Assembly: GCA_051362555.1 (NCBI GenBank)
Contig: CM120643.1
Location: 9,920,001 to 9,984,000, forward strand
DNA length: 64,000 nucleotides
Reading direction: 5' to 3'
DNA from: Lingula anatina
Taxonomy: Eukaryota > Animalia > Brachiopoda
Position 1 is the first letter of the stretch; each line of letters opens with the position of its first letter. The notes beneath the pieces are model-generated. The model worked only from the letters and a program-made list of their open reading frames with translations, was not told the origin of the DNA and searched no databases. Position numbers and translations under genes: made by a program. Positions 11,198 through 24,726 of this stretch are shown piece by piece.

Positions 11198-14100
11198 TTA
11201 GGGTACCTACGGAGTCACTATGGGACAAAAATGGCTACAAGCTGAGATAATCATGTTGCACACTAGGGAAAGTAGTGGGAAAATGGCAATAATTTGATCA
11301 ATTGTCTATCTTGCCTTGAGTCCTTATTCATACTGGTAGCTAGGTTATTTCAGCTTGTTTATGAAAGTCATAATATAAGTTGCATAAAAAAGTCCGGCCT
11401 GGCCTGCAGCCAGCAACTTCAAAATTTTTTTTTTTTTGAAAAAGTGGACCTTTTACAATGAAACTTTTGCTTACCTAGATCAAATTTTACCCAGAATGGA
11501 CCTTTTTCTGACAAAAAAGGCAGTTCTTTTGAACCCCCCGAATCCCCCTAGCTATGGGCCTGCCGACTTACGCAGATGTCTGACTGACACCATGAAATTA
11601 TGCAGGGATGGCCTCTGTCCCTTTCAGAGCTGCGACCACAAATCCTCTCTATGCAAAATTGCTGTATCTCTCCCCATAACTAAAAATGCACTGGAACACT
11701 GGTTACAATCAAAGCGATTTTCCAACAAACCTAAAAAACTCCCAAGGTGCAACCTTCACTGGCTTTCAAGAGGAATATTTCTTCTCGAAAATCAAACTCA
11801 AAAGTGAAAAATATGCATCGTCACAACAAACATAGAAAATAAATGTAGTCTGCATGGCCTCCGTGACATTACCTGAGATTTAATGGAAAAAAGTTACAAA
11901 TCACCCACATTAAAGCACTACATTTATTTTGCTACTGGAAAACATCTACCTGCTTTTATGATAAACATGTCGTCGTATATACCTCCAAGCACCTCTAATT
12001 GCGTCACCCTTCGCTCTATATCGATACTTTTTACCAAGGCAAAGAGTATCAGTTGATATTTACAACAACACATTTTCTTACATGGGTTGCTACATTGTGT
12101 AATGTCATGTATTTGATAAGTTTATCCAAGGTACTGATATAGGACCACACACACACACACAGTATATGTGAACTTTATGCACACAGTTTACATAAAACAG
12201 TACTTCTACATTAATGACAGTCATTGATACAATTTTGAAAAGCAGCTGAGCCCTCTCTGGATACATATAGAAATTAATGATAAAAATTGCCCAATCCACA
12301 TAATGCAATATTTTGAACATTAGACAGAGACCTGAGACCAAAGATCCTTTTTGAAAATAACCGCATGACCCAAATCTTGATAAATAGTGTTAAAAGTAAA
12401 ATATGAAGGAGATTAGATAGCTGTATAATGCACACAATGTGGGAGTCAAATCAATAAGCCCAAATAAATCCTCCAGCTAGCATTGTCTGCTAGTAAAGTA
12501 ATGGACTGAAATCATCTCATTGCACTTTGCAAATTTCCTTGTCCAAGCAAATAAATCACGACTGGAAGAGCAGCCCAAATTTTAGACGAATAGCTTAGCT
12601 ACTATCATCACCTTCAGTTCTTGAAAGGTTGAGGTACATGTATAAACTTCCGTCTAGTTTCAAACAAAAAATTAAATAAATATGAAACATTTTAAATTAT
12701 CAAGACCACAGATAAATCAGAATTGGTCCATTTAAATGAAGATATTAGCTTGTTTCACAAGATGAAAGAATTCTGGCTTGAGTTTTCAATCAATACAAGT
12801 GCAATATTAGGTTAGGCTATTCCACATATACATGTACCCTGAATAAAAGTAGATTAAATATTGGGTCTCGAACATTAAACCAGCTTTCAACTTGTCCTTC
12901 TTTTTCATTTTTTTGTGCTGCATGTGCATTTGCATTTGCACGTGTATGTGTTAGTGTGCCTGCACATGTATGTGTGCGTGAGCATGTGAAAGGAGCCCTG
13001 ACCATACAATGTATACATATTTGTTCGAGATACAAAGTGCTCTTGACTTTTGCTTCATGTTCCCAGAGGTGAAACATTTATCAAAATCAAGAGCGCCATG
13101 ATGAGCTGTCAACCTCTAGAGAGAGGCACAGGCCAGCTGGTAATTCATTAGTTGGCTAGGGCTCCCATGTTATTACCCTTTGTACACTAATTCGTATGGG
13201 CAGGGATGGGCATTGAAAGCGAACTAATTGCATTTCTCTGTCTGCATGAACCCACGATGATGAGTCAAATGGAAACTGTAAAAATTAATTGAACAATTTT
13301 GTGCCTGAAAATGTTGGTAGAAATAATCACACAACTGATTGGCTTCCGTAGTGAGCGTGTGGATTCCATTTGCGTCTCTCACGTCTTGGTCCTCAAGATG
13401 TGCCACTGTGACAAATCAAACCACTTTTTTTTTGTGGCAATTTATTGTGAGGGACTACACTGATAAATCTCCAAATAACGTGTTTGGAATGATTGTCATT
13501 GCAGAATTTGTGAACAAAAACTGTAATGGCGTAAAATATAGAGCTGCCCTGTGACTCTATCTCAGAATCTCTTTTTAACAGACATGGTACTCCATATCGA
13601 ATAACATATATGATACTTCAGCATTAGTAAATCTGATTTTGTGCAGATCTGCAGAAATCCCTATGTAATAAGCATCTTAAAAAGGCTAAAACCTAACTAA
13701 TGGCATAATTCTCTTTAAGCCCAACTCACGCTTGACCATTTTTGCTTTAGTCCATTAGCTAAATCTCATTTGGACCAATTGATGATAAATTGATAAATGG
13801 AAATTGAATAGCATTCCTTTTCTACAAGACACATTTTGCATGCCCCTCTTCCTCTTTATGTAATATGGCACACAAGTTCCATTTCATTCTGCTTAGCGTC
13901 CTTACACAATCAAAAAACCTCTATACTTTTTAGACAGAATCTCATTTTCCTTTGCCAATGTAGTAATATTTCCTAGAGAAGCCTCACAAGCCTCTTACTA
14001 CTTAGAAAGCACTCAAAAAAGAAAATCTTTAATGTAATTTACAAACTGACAGCACTTTATTATTAAATAAAATTTTGAAGTGTGGAAAAATTGATGTTTC

Positions 14101-15294
14101 AATCAGAAATCTAATCAAGATCCCTTCTGAAAGCAGCCCCTGTACTTAACAGGCCCCTGGGAATACTGAGCGCAACAGAAACTTGACAATTGGGTTCCTT
14201 CTCAATCATGCTAAATTTTTTTCAAAGAGCACCTGTATCTTTAGAAGAGAAATGAAAGAAAAAACACATACAATACTTTGGTCGAGGACTCATTTTTGAA
14301 GGTTGAAAATATGTTGAAAACTACTGACTGCATAGAGTGAATGTCTGTGTGGGTGTCATTCGCTGTGGGATTATTGATTAATATATTTGTGTAAAGCAAT
14401 GCTGCCAGCCATGATAATAAACCCCGAGTGCCTAAATGCAAAATTTAGAGCTCAAGTCTGGTGCACAATTCACTCTAGTCACTTCAACATATCAAAAAAT
14501 TTATAATGACTAAGATACCAGTAATTGCCAGAAATGAGATTTTTCAGTTTTTTCTTTAATACAATGTATCTTTCATGATGGTAAAAAAGAAAAAAACTGA
14601 ATTTGGATTTTTAGCACGTAAAGATGTAAGTGCAGCCTGAAAATGCAAGTGCCTAAGATATGCATGTCCATGAACGTTTTAGTAGGTGGGAGATGAATGT
14701 ATGACCCAAGAAACATACAATGATACAACTCTGCAGGGACTCTTGCCAAGTGCAATCAGCTTAATTATAACTGAATGACATGCCTCCTCCTGGCATTTAG
14801 TAGAATACAGAAAAGCTGCTGATTATATGAGTATGTTGGAAACAAGAAGAGGTGGTGGTCATGCAGTTAAGATGATTGCACTCCAAGAGAATCCCCACAG
14901 GGTTGGATCGATCTACTTGGACCGAAACTTCTATTACCAATGGAGCCTCAAATTTCATGCTCCATCAGCATCAGTGTGTGATTGAAATTTGTAATGGTGC
15001 GCAAATGACTGCCACCCAATGAGCAGACAATCAGTTACATGACCACATGCAAGACGAGTTGTGGACAAATGCACAATGTAATGCATTCTGAACTTCATTA
15101 CCCTTTTGCACTGAATCTCATAGGCAGCAAAACAGAAAGATTTGTAAGAACATATGTTCATCCAGCAACAACAGAGGAACGTCTTTGAGTAATAACAATT
15201 AGCTGTCATATACAAATGTGATAACTTGACAATACACTGAATGCGGTTGTTAATACAGGCATCCAATTTAGAAAAAACGGGTAAAAGTAAAATA

Positions 15295-15570
15295 AACTAG
15301 AAATGAGCATAGACCGCCACCCATCAAGATCTGTACAATAATAAAATGTGATAGTTGAGAGCACATTCATTGCACATCAACTCGAAGTCGCCAACATCAA
15401 CTGGCAATGGTGAGGAATCCTTTAAGAAGAATCCTTTAGATCACCAACAAAATTTAATCACTTAAGTTAGCTTATTTCTGACCTATCCTGAAAATGTCAT
15501 AAAAACCCAACATAAGTTTTTGAGGTACAAACAAATGGGGGTGAAAACAGAACCACATTGTTATTAGTAA
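15295..15570 (-). mobile_element. Degenerate DINE/HINE-like (Helentron-associated) element
   Basis: Shares AACTAGAAA, ATCACCA.CAAAA..TAATCACTT, CCTGAAAAT.TCAT and GGGGTGAAAAC blocks with 58159-58424. Confidence 0.55.
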
Positions 15571-16064
15571 TTAATGAGGATAAATTTGTCCACATATGAT
15601 CAAATTGTCATTCCTTCATCTACACATACACACACCAGCAAATTTTTTATTTTATTTTTGTATTTCTTTAAATGTTGACTGTCTGTTTTTTATATTTGAG
15701 GAGAGCTATTTTCCAAATCTTTATTATTTAGAGAAAGCAAGTCTGAACTTTCAAAGTCATAAAATGTATTTCATATGTACAACTTATATGTACAGCACTT
15801 ACATATAACCAAAAGAAACTTCAAAGTCTGATTAAAAAAAACAACACTAACAATGAAAAATTTTGAGATTGTCTAATAATACCCATAGGAAACTGAACTG
15901 AATAGTCAAGTGCATTTTCATTTCACTCAAATATTAGCAAGACTATAAATTAAAGCAGTCTGTTTTTAAACAGATAATAAAAATTTCAGGAAATATAATT
16001 TGATTAATTGGTAAAAAATGACAAATATTTGCTTAAAACTTTTACATTTTTATGTTCTGTCACT

Positions 16065-16218
16065 TTTTTTAACACATCACTGACGTCACATATCCTAGGA
16101 GTTTGTTTTTTCACTTTTTGTTCATAATCCCCGAAGAAAGCCCAGGGGCCGAAAGCTTGGATTGTATTTTACAACTGTAATGTAGATCTTCAAAGATGCA
16201 TCAATATATATATACTTC
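16065..16218 (+). mobile_element. Short Penelope-like remnant with a minimal hammerhead motif
   Basis: Flanked by the 14-bp direct repeat TATGTTCTGTCACT (16051-16064, 16219-16232); hammerhead-like core at 16125-16164. Confidence 0.6.
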
Positions 16219-16474
16219 TATGTTCTGTCACTGAAATGAAACTTAAGGTATCCTTTTTCTACTGCCAATCAATGTCTTTTTTTATCGTTTTTCAAAGCCA
16301 ACTCCTCAAATGATCATTCCACTTCTAACTTACAATAAACAAATCTTAATACCATCCATGAAAAAAATATTCTTGCTGATGTGAAGGAGCACTGAAAACA
16401 ATGCCTCTTCATTCTTACCACATTTAAATTCTCCACTGATATGTCAGTCAGTTAGATAAGAAATTGGTAGTCTC

Positions 16475-16625
16475 CTAAAAGTTAAATTGCACTTTGCACA
16501 GATATTTCATTCTCACTTGTCTTGGGTCATACACCACAAATTCATTATAGTTCAAGGTGTAACCACTAGGGTTTTTAACGCCAGTGTCTTTTGGTTTACC
16601 AAGAGGAACTACTGTTCCATTTGAC
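16475..16625 (-). CDS. PARP2: PARP exon 16, catalytic Glu and stop
   Basis: [21 protein letters not shown]...FNF*. Confidence 0.95.
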
Positions 16626-18365
16626 CTGAAAGGAGACAAAATAAGGATTAAATTTTTGATTCAGTTGCAGATGTTGCAGATGCAAAAGGTGAATATATAC
16701 ATAAAAAGCATTTCATATTCACCAACGATTAATAATTTGAAACAGTTAACAAGACAACAAGAAACTTTAACACTATAGACCTAATGCTACCAACACAAAC
16801 AGAAAAATAAATCACTTTATTCTTAATTTGAAAAACCGCTTTATCATATAATACACTTTAAAGACACCAGACAGTGCACTCAAACAATTGTCATAACACA
16901 CTATAGTGTTATATATAAAACTTGAAGTAACACTACTCTATAAAAAACAGTTACTTACATTGTAACCTCTTCCTTAGGATCGGGCGCCACACGTCCCAGT
17001 CCCTGGACACTGTTCTTCCCTGCGGGCAGTTTGTCGGCCCCATAGTCTGCCGCTAGCAACTGATTGGGTGTTCCCAAGGCAACCTCACTCAGCAAGACAA
17101 GCCCAACATTCTTGGACCTTGTTGGATAACAGTAATTGGCACTTTTGCTGGACATGTCAGCAAAATAGATACCTTTTCCAAACTGAAATAAAAAATAAGA
17201 AAGGTTCAAAAATAGTTCTTGTAATACTTTGCTCATTACTTGAGAACAAAAATTGAACTTGACTGTTTTTCAAATATTTCGCAAACAAGCAATATGAAAA
17301 TTTTCTGAGGATGAAACCTGGCCAGAACTGTTTCAATTCTCAGTCCACTGTCTGAAACATGTTTGAAATATTTAACAGGTTTTAGTTGTCAAATCACACA
17401 TGACAATTCATCCATAATTCTGTTTTTATATTATTTACATTTATGAAAAGCAAAGTGAGCTATATCTATCAGCTAAACAATTGAAGTTATCTTCAAACTT
17501 GGATAAAGAGTGATGACAAAAACTAAAAAAATCATTAAAATTTGAATTACAACTTATCAATTCTTGCATGACGCTTAACAATGTCAGAATTATCCGCTCA
17601 GTATTTGAACCACCACTCCAGAAAAGAGAGACCCTGTCATGAAGTCAACTCACCATGTAGCCTGTGACAGGTGCCTCTGGTGGTGCAATCCTCAGTCCTT
17701 GGTTCAATATTCCTGCCCAGTTGCTCATACGTGAACCATGCCAAAGAAGTTTCCTGCAAATGTCAACAGTTGTATCCACATTATGGAATGAATGCTTTCC
17801 CACTTTCACTTTGACATTTTCAGTGCAATAATATATATATTAGAAATAACAGAGATTTAAACTTAAACAGAGACATGAAAGGTACCGATTCTAGCAATCT
17901 GCACATCAGGAATAAACCTCAATAATGGTGTTTTATAAATTCCAAATCAATACACAGTAGGGTTTTCAAAAAAAGATTGAGGACCATTTAATATCCAAAA
18001 TAAGTCATTTCAAAATGAGTGTGTGTTACTGACCATCAGAAAATTGTGTTTAATTTAAAGTCAGAACAATCTCATTACTGCAAAAAGCCCAACAACTCTC
18101 CAAACTCATTTTAGACATAAAAAGGTCTCATATGCTTATGACAATATCATAAGCATATGAAATTGTTGTTTTAGAGTCACCTGTTTCCAACGTCTCTGAA
18201 ATTCTTGGCTTCCCCCTCCTTGTCACAGTCAAAGAGATCAAGAAGCTTCATCTTGTACTGAGAATGGGTTGCTGCGTGTGTGTTCTGTAAGTACTTCTCA
18301 ACTAGCTGTAAAAAAGGTTTTAACTTTAAGAATTTCTGTAAATATCTTAAAACAAGTCAATTTTC

Positions 18366-18407
<42 letters not shown>

Positions 18408-21400
18408 ATTACCACTGATATTCCAAAAGCAAAATTTTTCTCTAACAACTAAAAGAAAAATAATTATGAAATAATTTAATTGAAGAAACATTATCAATGA
18501 TAACAATATTCTGATGCCAGAGAGGTGGGTACCTTAAAGTCATCATGTGTTTGCTCTAGGGGTTTCAGCTTACAGTGCAGGGCATGGTAGTGTCTGTCAA
18601 CAGGGTTTTCAGAGAAGTCTCCTTCCTTTAACATCTTAATGGCTATCTCAATGTCTCCCAGTGCCTGTAGTGAAAATGACTTTTCGTTATAAGCAAACTC
18701 TACAATAACTATAACAATGTGCGAAATAATATACACATATGCCATGCAGATTATAAATCACGAAGCACACAAGTTACAGATATTAACTAATGAAATACTA
18801 GAAGTATAGTTTATACGAACATGTATTTGTCTTAGCATACACCTGTAAATGCTTTAAATTTGTAACTTGTAAAATGTCTTAGTTACTAAAGAAAAAGACT
18901 TATTATAAAAGACAATATATCTATGTTAAACAATATGCCGTAAAATGTGTATGCTACAGAAAGAGCACACCACTGATTCAGAAAAACTACAAAAACATAT
19001 TCTAAAGTGCATGCTTTCATTTCTTCAGTATATTTGGGTGCATATAAATACCACTATTCAATCTTGGTGATAAATTCCATTATATTTTCAACTGTACTGA
19101 TGATACTATTAGATATTATAGAAATATGTATTTAGCTTACTATTATTGTAATTGTGCTAATGTTATAAAATTTGAACAATAATTCAATGCAAAACCCAAC
19201 AGCTACTGAAGCAAAATTCATTAAAATTATCATGGAGAGAGTCTCCTCTCTTTACTTTTTACTGGGAAAAGGTCCACTCTGGGTAAAATTGGATCTATCT
19301 ACTTGAGGAATTTATGGTAAAAGGTCCACTTTTTCAGAAAACAACCCCCCCCCCCCCTCCGAAATTGCTGGCTACGGGCCTGCCTCTCTACACTGTAACC
19401 AGTTTACTAGAATAATCTATTGTCATTGTCAATCTTAAGAGAAACAAACTTTTAAAAACTTTTCTCAGCAGTGTATGAAATGGCCGCCTGCCCGCCAGCC
19501 TGAGGCTGGTAACTTTCAGGCCGGGCGGGTAAGATTTGCAGATTACCCGCCCGACGGGCTGGCTATTTTTACAGCCTATTTTCACCTTTTATTTTGTCTA
19601 TGTTCACAAGCGATTTCAGCAAAATATCACATAAACTCACTGTTTTCACCCACTTTTATAGAAGCAAAGAACTAACCATAGCTTGCAATCGAACGCTAGT
19701 ATCGAAATGTAACCAACAGTCTCCCTCTCAGTGGCCTCGTTTTCGAAGTTCCGTCTGTGTGATATGAAGTTGAAAGACAATTTGAAACGAGGCACATTGT
19801 TCTTAACCAGCTTCAGTGCACAGCAGATAACGTTACGTCATTGTTTTGTGTAGAGGAGATACCGCGAGCAGCAATTTGTAGGTCGAGAGTAATAAAAATG
19901 TGAAAGTATAAAAAGTTATGATATTGATTAAATAGACTTATAGGTACATGAAGTGCTTATAATCAACAGTAATAAAGGCAACGGAGGCAAATTAAAGGAG
20001 AATTTTACAAAAAAATTGAATCCCAAAATTATGAGTGAACGTACGAGTTTACGCCGTGCGTCAGATGTAGTTCTTTTCCCACATGGTTTCATCTTGGGCT
20101 GTCAAAAATGAAAAAAATTCTATCAAGTCCGATAGAGAAGTCCACAAAAGAAAAACAATTGAGGAAAGAAATAAAATTAACAAAGATTACGACAGAACCA
20201 AACTAAAGAGAACAAATTGGGACCAATGGAAAGGTGATTTCGATTTGCAATTAGTCGAGCGGCAACATTTTTTGTAAAACCGTAACTCGAAAGTATCACG
20301 CATTGCTACCGAGCGCAAGCATCTCGATCCAATAACTCGCCCATACTCGCCCCATAAAATATATTGTAGCCTCTATGTGATATATATTGCTTTTCTCAAT
20401 AAGCAATGCTTTCGAGATACGGGGCCCTGCAGGACTGTCTATGGGCCATTAGCGTGCAGGACTGTTCCCGATCGCTTTTTAAAGCTTAAAAGCGATATTC
20501 AAAGGGACCCTACATGCTAAATTCTTTCTTCTTTATTGTTAGCACAGAGATCGATTTATTTGACAACAATATATATATATTTGGTCATACTTGTTGCTAT
20601 ACAGAAAAGCAAAAATTATAATCAAATGATATCACGGAATCGGAATAAAAGTTATGAATACATTATTGAAGAAGAAATGATACAGCTTGCAAGGTGAACA
20701 TAAACTGAATTGACTACCCCCGCCCTCCCCCGCCCGCTAAAGGGCCCTGAACATTTTTGGTATTTTAGATGGTGAATGGTGCCATTTGGTATGGTTTAGA
20801 ACTATGATTCAACTAGTGAAAGTCTTATTTCAAGAGGTGAGTTTTTTTTTTTTACAGAAATTAAAAGGGGGGCGTCAGGAGCCCCCTGACCCCCTCTAAA
20901 TCCAACACTGACAAGGTATCATTCAGTAGAAATTCCAAACAATTTCTAAATTTCCATGCATAAGGCACGATATTGCCCTTTCATTACTTTCATACTCTCC
21001 CAAGAATGCATTCTAGACCCCCTCAGCATACCTCTCTTAACTCTAGGGGTTATCATAACTAGGGCAGGTAACTACATGGCCGGGCTGGTAACTTCTCAGA
21101 GTTACCTGCCCGGCGGTCTGGCTAGTAATTTCCTTGAATTTCATACACTGCTCTCAGTCTTACCTCTAGCAGCTGGATCTTGGATTTCAGTTCTGCCTTA
21201 GTTCTTATCACGGGGGGCCTAGACATGCTGGAGAAAAAGTCATAAAAACATTTATCATAAATGTAAAATAATTTTGTCATGAATCACTTTCCTTAACTTG
21301 CAATAACAATTCTAAGAAAAGCAAATCCAGTAAACTCGTTAGCGTATGAGAGTGCGTAATTACGCGTTGTTTTGCTGTTTTTACGCATTGGCTGGAGCCC

Positions 21401-24400
21401 CAGCGCGTACGAATACGCACACCTTTGGCTTTGAAGATCGGCGAAGTTGACCAGTCCGTTGACTGTTGACGGTCAGACTCATGTTGAAAATGTCATAATT
21501 GATTCCCAAGTGTCTCATTTTTTTTCTTAAGATATTTGAATTACCCGACTAAAACATGCTTACCGACATACCTACTTGCGATGGTTGCGTTTCGCAACTA
21601 GTTTTATAAGCCGGGCAACTAAAATTTAGCTGGTAGTTGCCCGGAAACGCAAGTGACTTTCGGCTGTTCACTTGCCCGGAAAATTTGAAGTGTAAAATTT
21701 ATTATCACAGACAAAATAGATCGTTTATTATTGGCAGTCATTTGCCGGTTGGAAACAAAGTGGTTTGCAGCAACCGGCTAGCTCCAGATTTGGCCAACTT
21801 AGAAAACAGTTGAACTTGAAGTGCTGCGCTAACAAACATAAATAAAAATTATCTTTCAACAAACTGTGAAATAATATTTCTAGTAATTATTTACAAATTG
21901 AAAGCAAAGGTTTAATATTTATAAACAATTTAGTAAAACTTAAAAACGACGGGTGCCTAATGTTCCCGACTTGACCTACTTTTTGTCGGCATCAATTTTA
22001 GGGAGAAACACTAGGAAGAGTAAGAAGTATGAACATTTTGATTGATTAAAATGGCTAAATATGTAAATTTTGTGTCCCTTCTCAAATAGTATACTAAAAA
22101 ATGCTTGTTTGACAGAGACAGATACTGGGTGACTACTTGTCAGTGTCCAGACATTTTGGCGCCGTTCTCTATCTCTCCCTCTCCCAACTATTACAGAGCG
22201 CTTGTTTGACCTAGTTTTTTTTTTAAACTTGACTAAGGAAGCAGTTAGGCCAGGAGCATTTTTAAATCTCAGTCAAGAATAGATTGTAAATTTTTGGCTA
22301 TGAAGTGCAGTCGTACTTGTTGTATTTTGATTGTTTCTGTGGTAATTTAAAAGCAATGTAAAATCTCTAATAAATTACATGTTATATTTTCACCCCCCCC
22401 CCCTCCACTGATTTTTGGAGAAAAAGCCAAAGAATCAACACTATAAGGTGACATAGTAATTACACCTTGATGAGCATTTTTTAATTTTACCCCTTCATTT
22501 TGAAAATTACCCCTTCTTTTTTTGGACAAGGGGTACGGTACTCCCTTAGAAAAATCCTACCGAGTGCACTGAAATGCATCAACCCAACATAAAAAAACAG
22601 CATCCTTATATCAAGTTAACTTGATTATCCTTAGCTGAACACTTGAAAAATGCATTATCTGTGAAAAGTGCATGAAAATGATGCAGTCGACAGTTTTAGG
22701 TGATGATTATATGCACTAACACTGTGTCTGTAAATAAAAATGTCACAGAATATAGATTCCAGTTATAGAATGTTGAATAAGGTCTCACCCAAAATCATGT
22801 GGCACTCGTGTGTAGAACTCATCGCAGGCTTCAACCAGCTTTCTGCCAAACTCTTCTTTCTGGATGCAATTGTCTATCTTTTTCAGAGCAGCATACCCAG
22901 CCTTGATCTGTTCTTTGGTAATTTTTCCTGAAATTGAAGACATCGATTTACTTTTTTTTTTTTGCTGGGAAAAAGACTGGTTACTATATTCTATTATTTT
23001 GCTTTAGAACCATTTTAAAGATTCTTCTGATTAATTCTATGGTGGTGGGGATGGTGGTGGCATATGATACTATAAATTCCTTCCTGTTAATAATGGGAAT
23101 AAATGCGGCACAGAAAAATGTCACAATTTTTTCTTCTTGTACTAAGATATGTTCTAGTAACAGTAAGGAGATGACGAAATATTTCTACTCTTATTCATAT
23201 ATAAAAAGCTGTCTTAATCATGAGCAGATCCAGAGATATTTTCTGACAGTCTTCCAAATTATTTTTGTTGATCCATCCTCTATTTTTGACCGTCTTCCGA
23301 CAGAAAAGAATGGATACCGGACAGTATAAACTTGAAAATCTGACCATCTTCCGGAAGACCTAGAAGACAGCCTCAATCCGCCCCTGCCTAACTTACCTAA
23401 AGGTGCCTTCTGTGCATCATATTTCATCTCCAGGACAGCATCCTCCATAGTCTTGATGTCACAGATCAAGTTGACCAGGTTCTGGACACGGGGGTCAAGT
23501 TTGGACGGAGGAACTTTTTCTTGCTTCTCGGGTTTCTTTTTACCCGAATCTGTTTCATCCTACGAGGATAAATGAGGATAACAAATAATTGTTTTTGCTG
23601 CAGCAGCAATAGTTATCATTCCTTCTGTGTGAGGAAAACCAGTTAGTATTTTTCAGAAATTTCAATATTTTAACTTACTTTTTTAAAATCCTAATCCCAT
23701 GCAAATGTTGCTTAACAAATGATTGTTTTATGTTATTCATCAAACTACATCTGTTAAAGGATTGTTTTAATCTTTAAAAATCAGCATTTTTTCTTTTTCA
23801 TTCGATTCCAGTTACTGCTTTAGAGTACAAATGGTCACAACTGGAAGACATATATCAAATGTTTTATAGAAAGATAAATAAACATTGTCAAATATTTGAA
23901 TGTGTCCTTGACCTAAAAGCCAAAAGTAAGCAGATATTCTGACATTTCAAATTTTACAGGAAAATATAAACTTTCCTCTCTGTGATCTACCAACTGCTTT
24001 AGCTAGGCAACAAGGGCTCACAGGGCTCGACAGTAAGGGTGGCCCACTGGCCCTGGGCCACTGAAAACTGACTTAGGTCCATTGAATCGCTGGGGTCACT
24101 TGCCCAAAGAGCAAGTAAAATGTCATGTGCCAAATAACCCTTGCAATATTTACTGATATCTCCGACCAGTATTGAAACAAGGCAGCAAAGCTGTCAAATG
24201 TACAGACAAAAACCAGAAAATAAAAACGCAGGAAATAGGATACTGTCAATTCTGATGAACTAATGTATTATGCTTACTGTAACTGCATAGCCAACATCAA
24301 ATTCTTATTCTGCATAACATTGGATTAGGATGAAAGTAAAATGTGTATCAAGCATTAGACTAAGTTCCCATACCTAGATCAATCTAACAGGATCAATCCA

Positions 24401-24664
24401 ACTCCAAGGGGTTTCTCACTAAATTGCTTTCAGTTTGAGAGTCTTGGGATTCTGGCATGCCAGTTTCAGTAGGCGTGACAGACAACTAAGCCACTTACAT
24501 TGATTGCAATTTAGCAAGAATTCCCATGGAGATAGATCGATCCACAGTTAGCGTGATAGGGTCTGGAAATAGTCCCTAAGGTGTCAGGCTGATAAGAGTT
24601 AAACTTTGGAAATGCCAGAATGAGGTACAGTGAAAATTACACACAAAAAAAATTGCTTAAACTC

Positions 24665-24726
<62 letters not shown>

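Noticed and set aside
11436-11807. 123-aa plus-strand ORF
   Set aside because: Begins inside a family C MITE with a non-ATG start; no homology.
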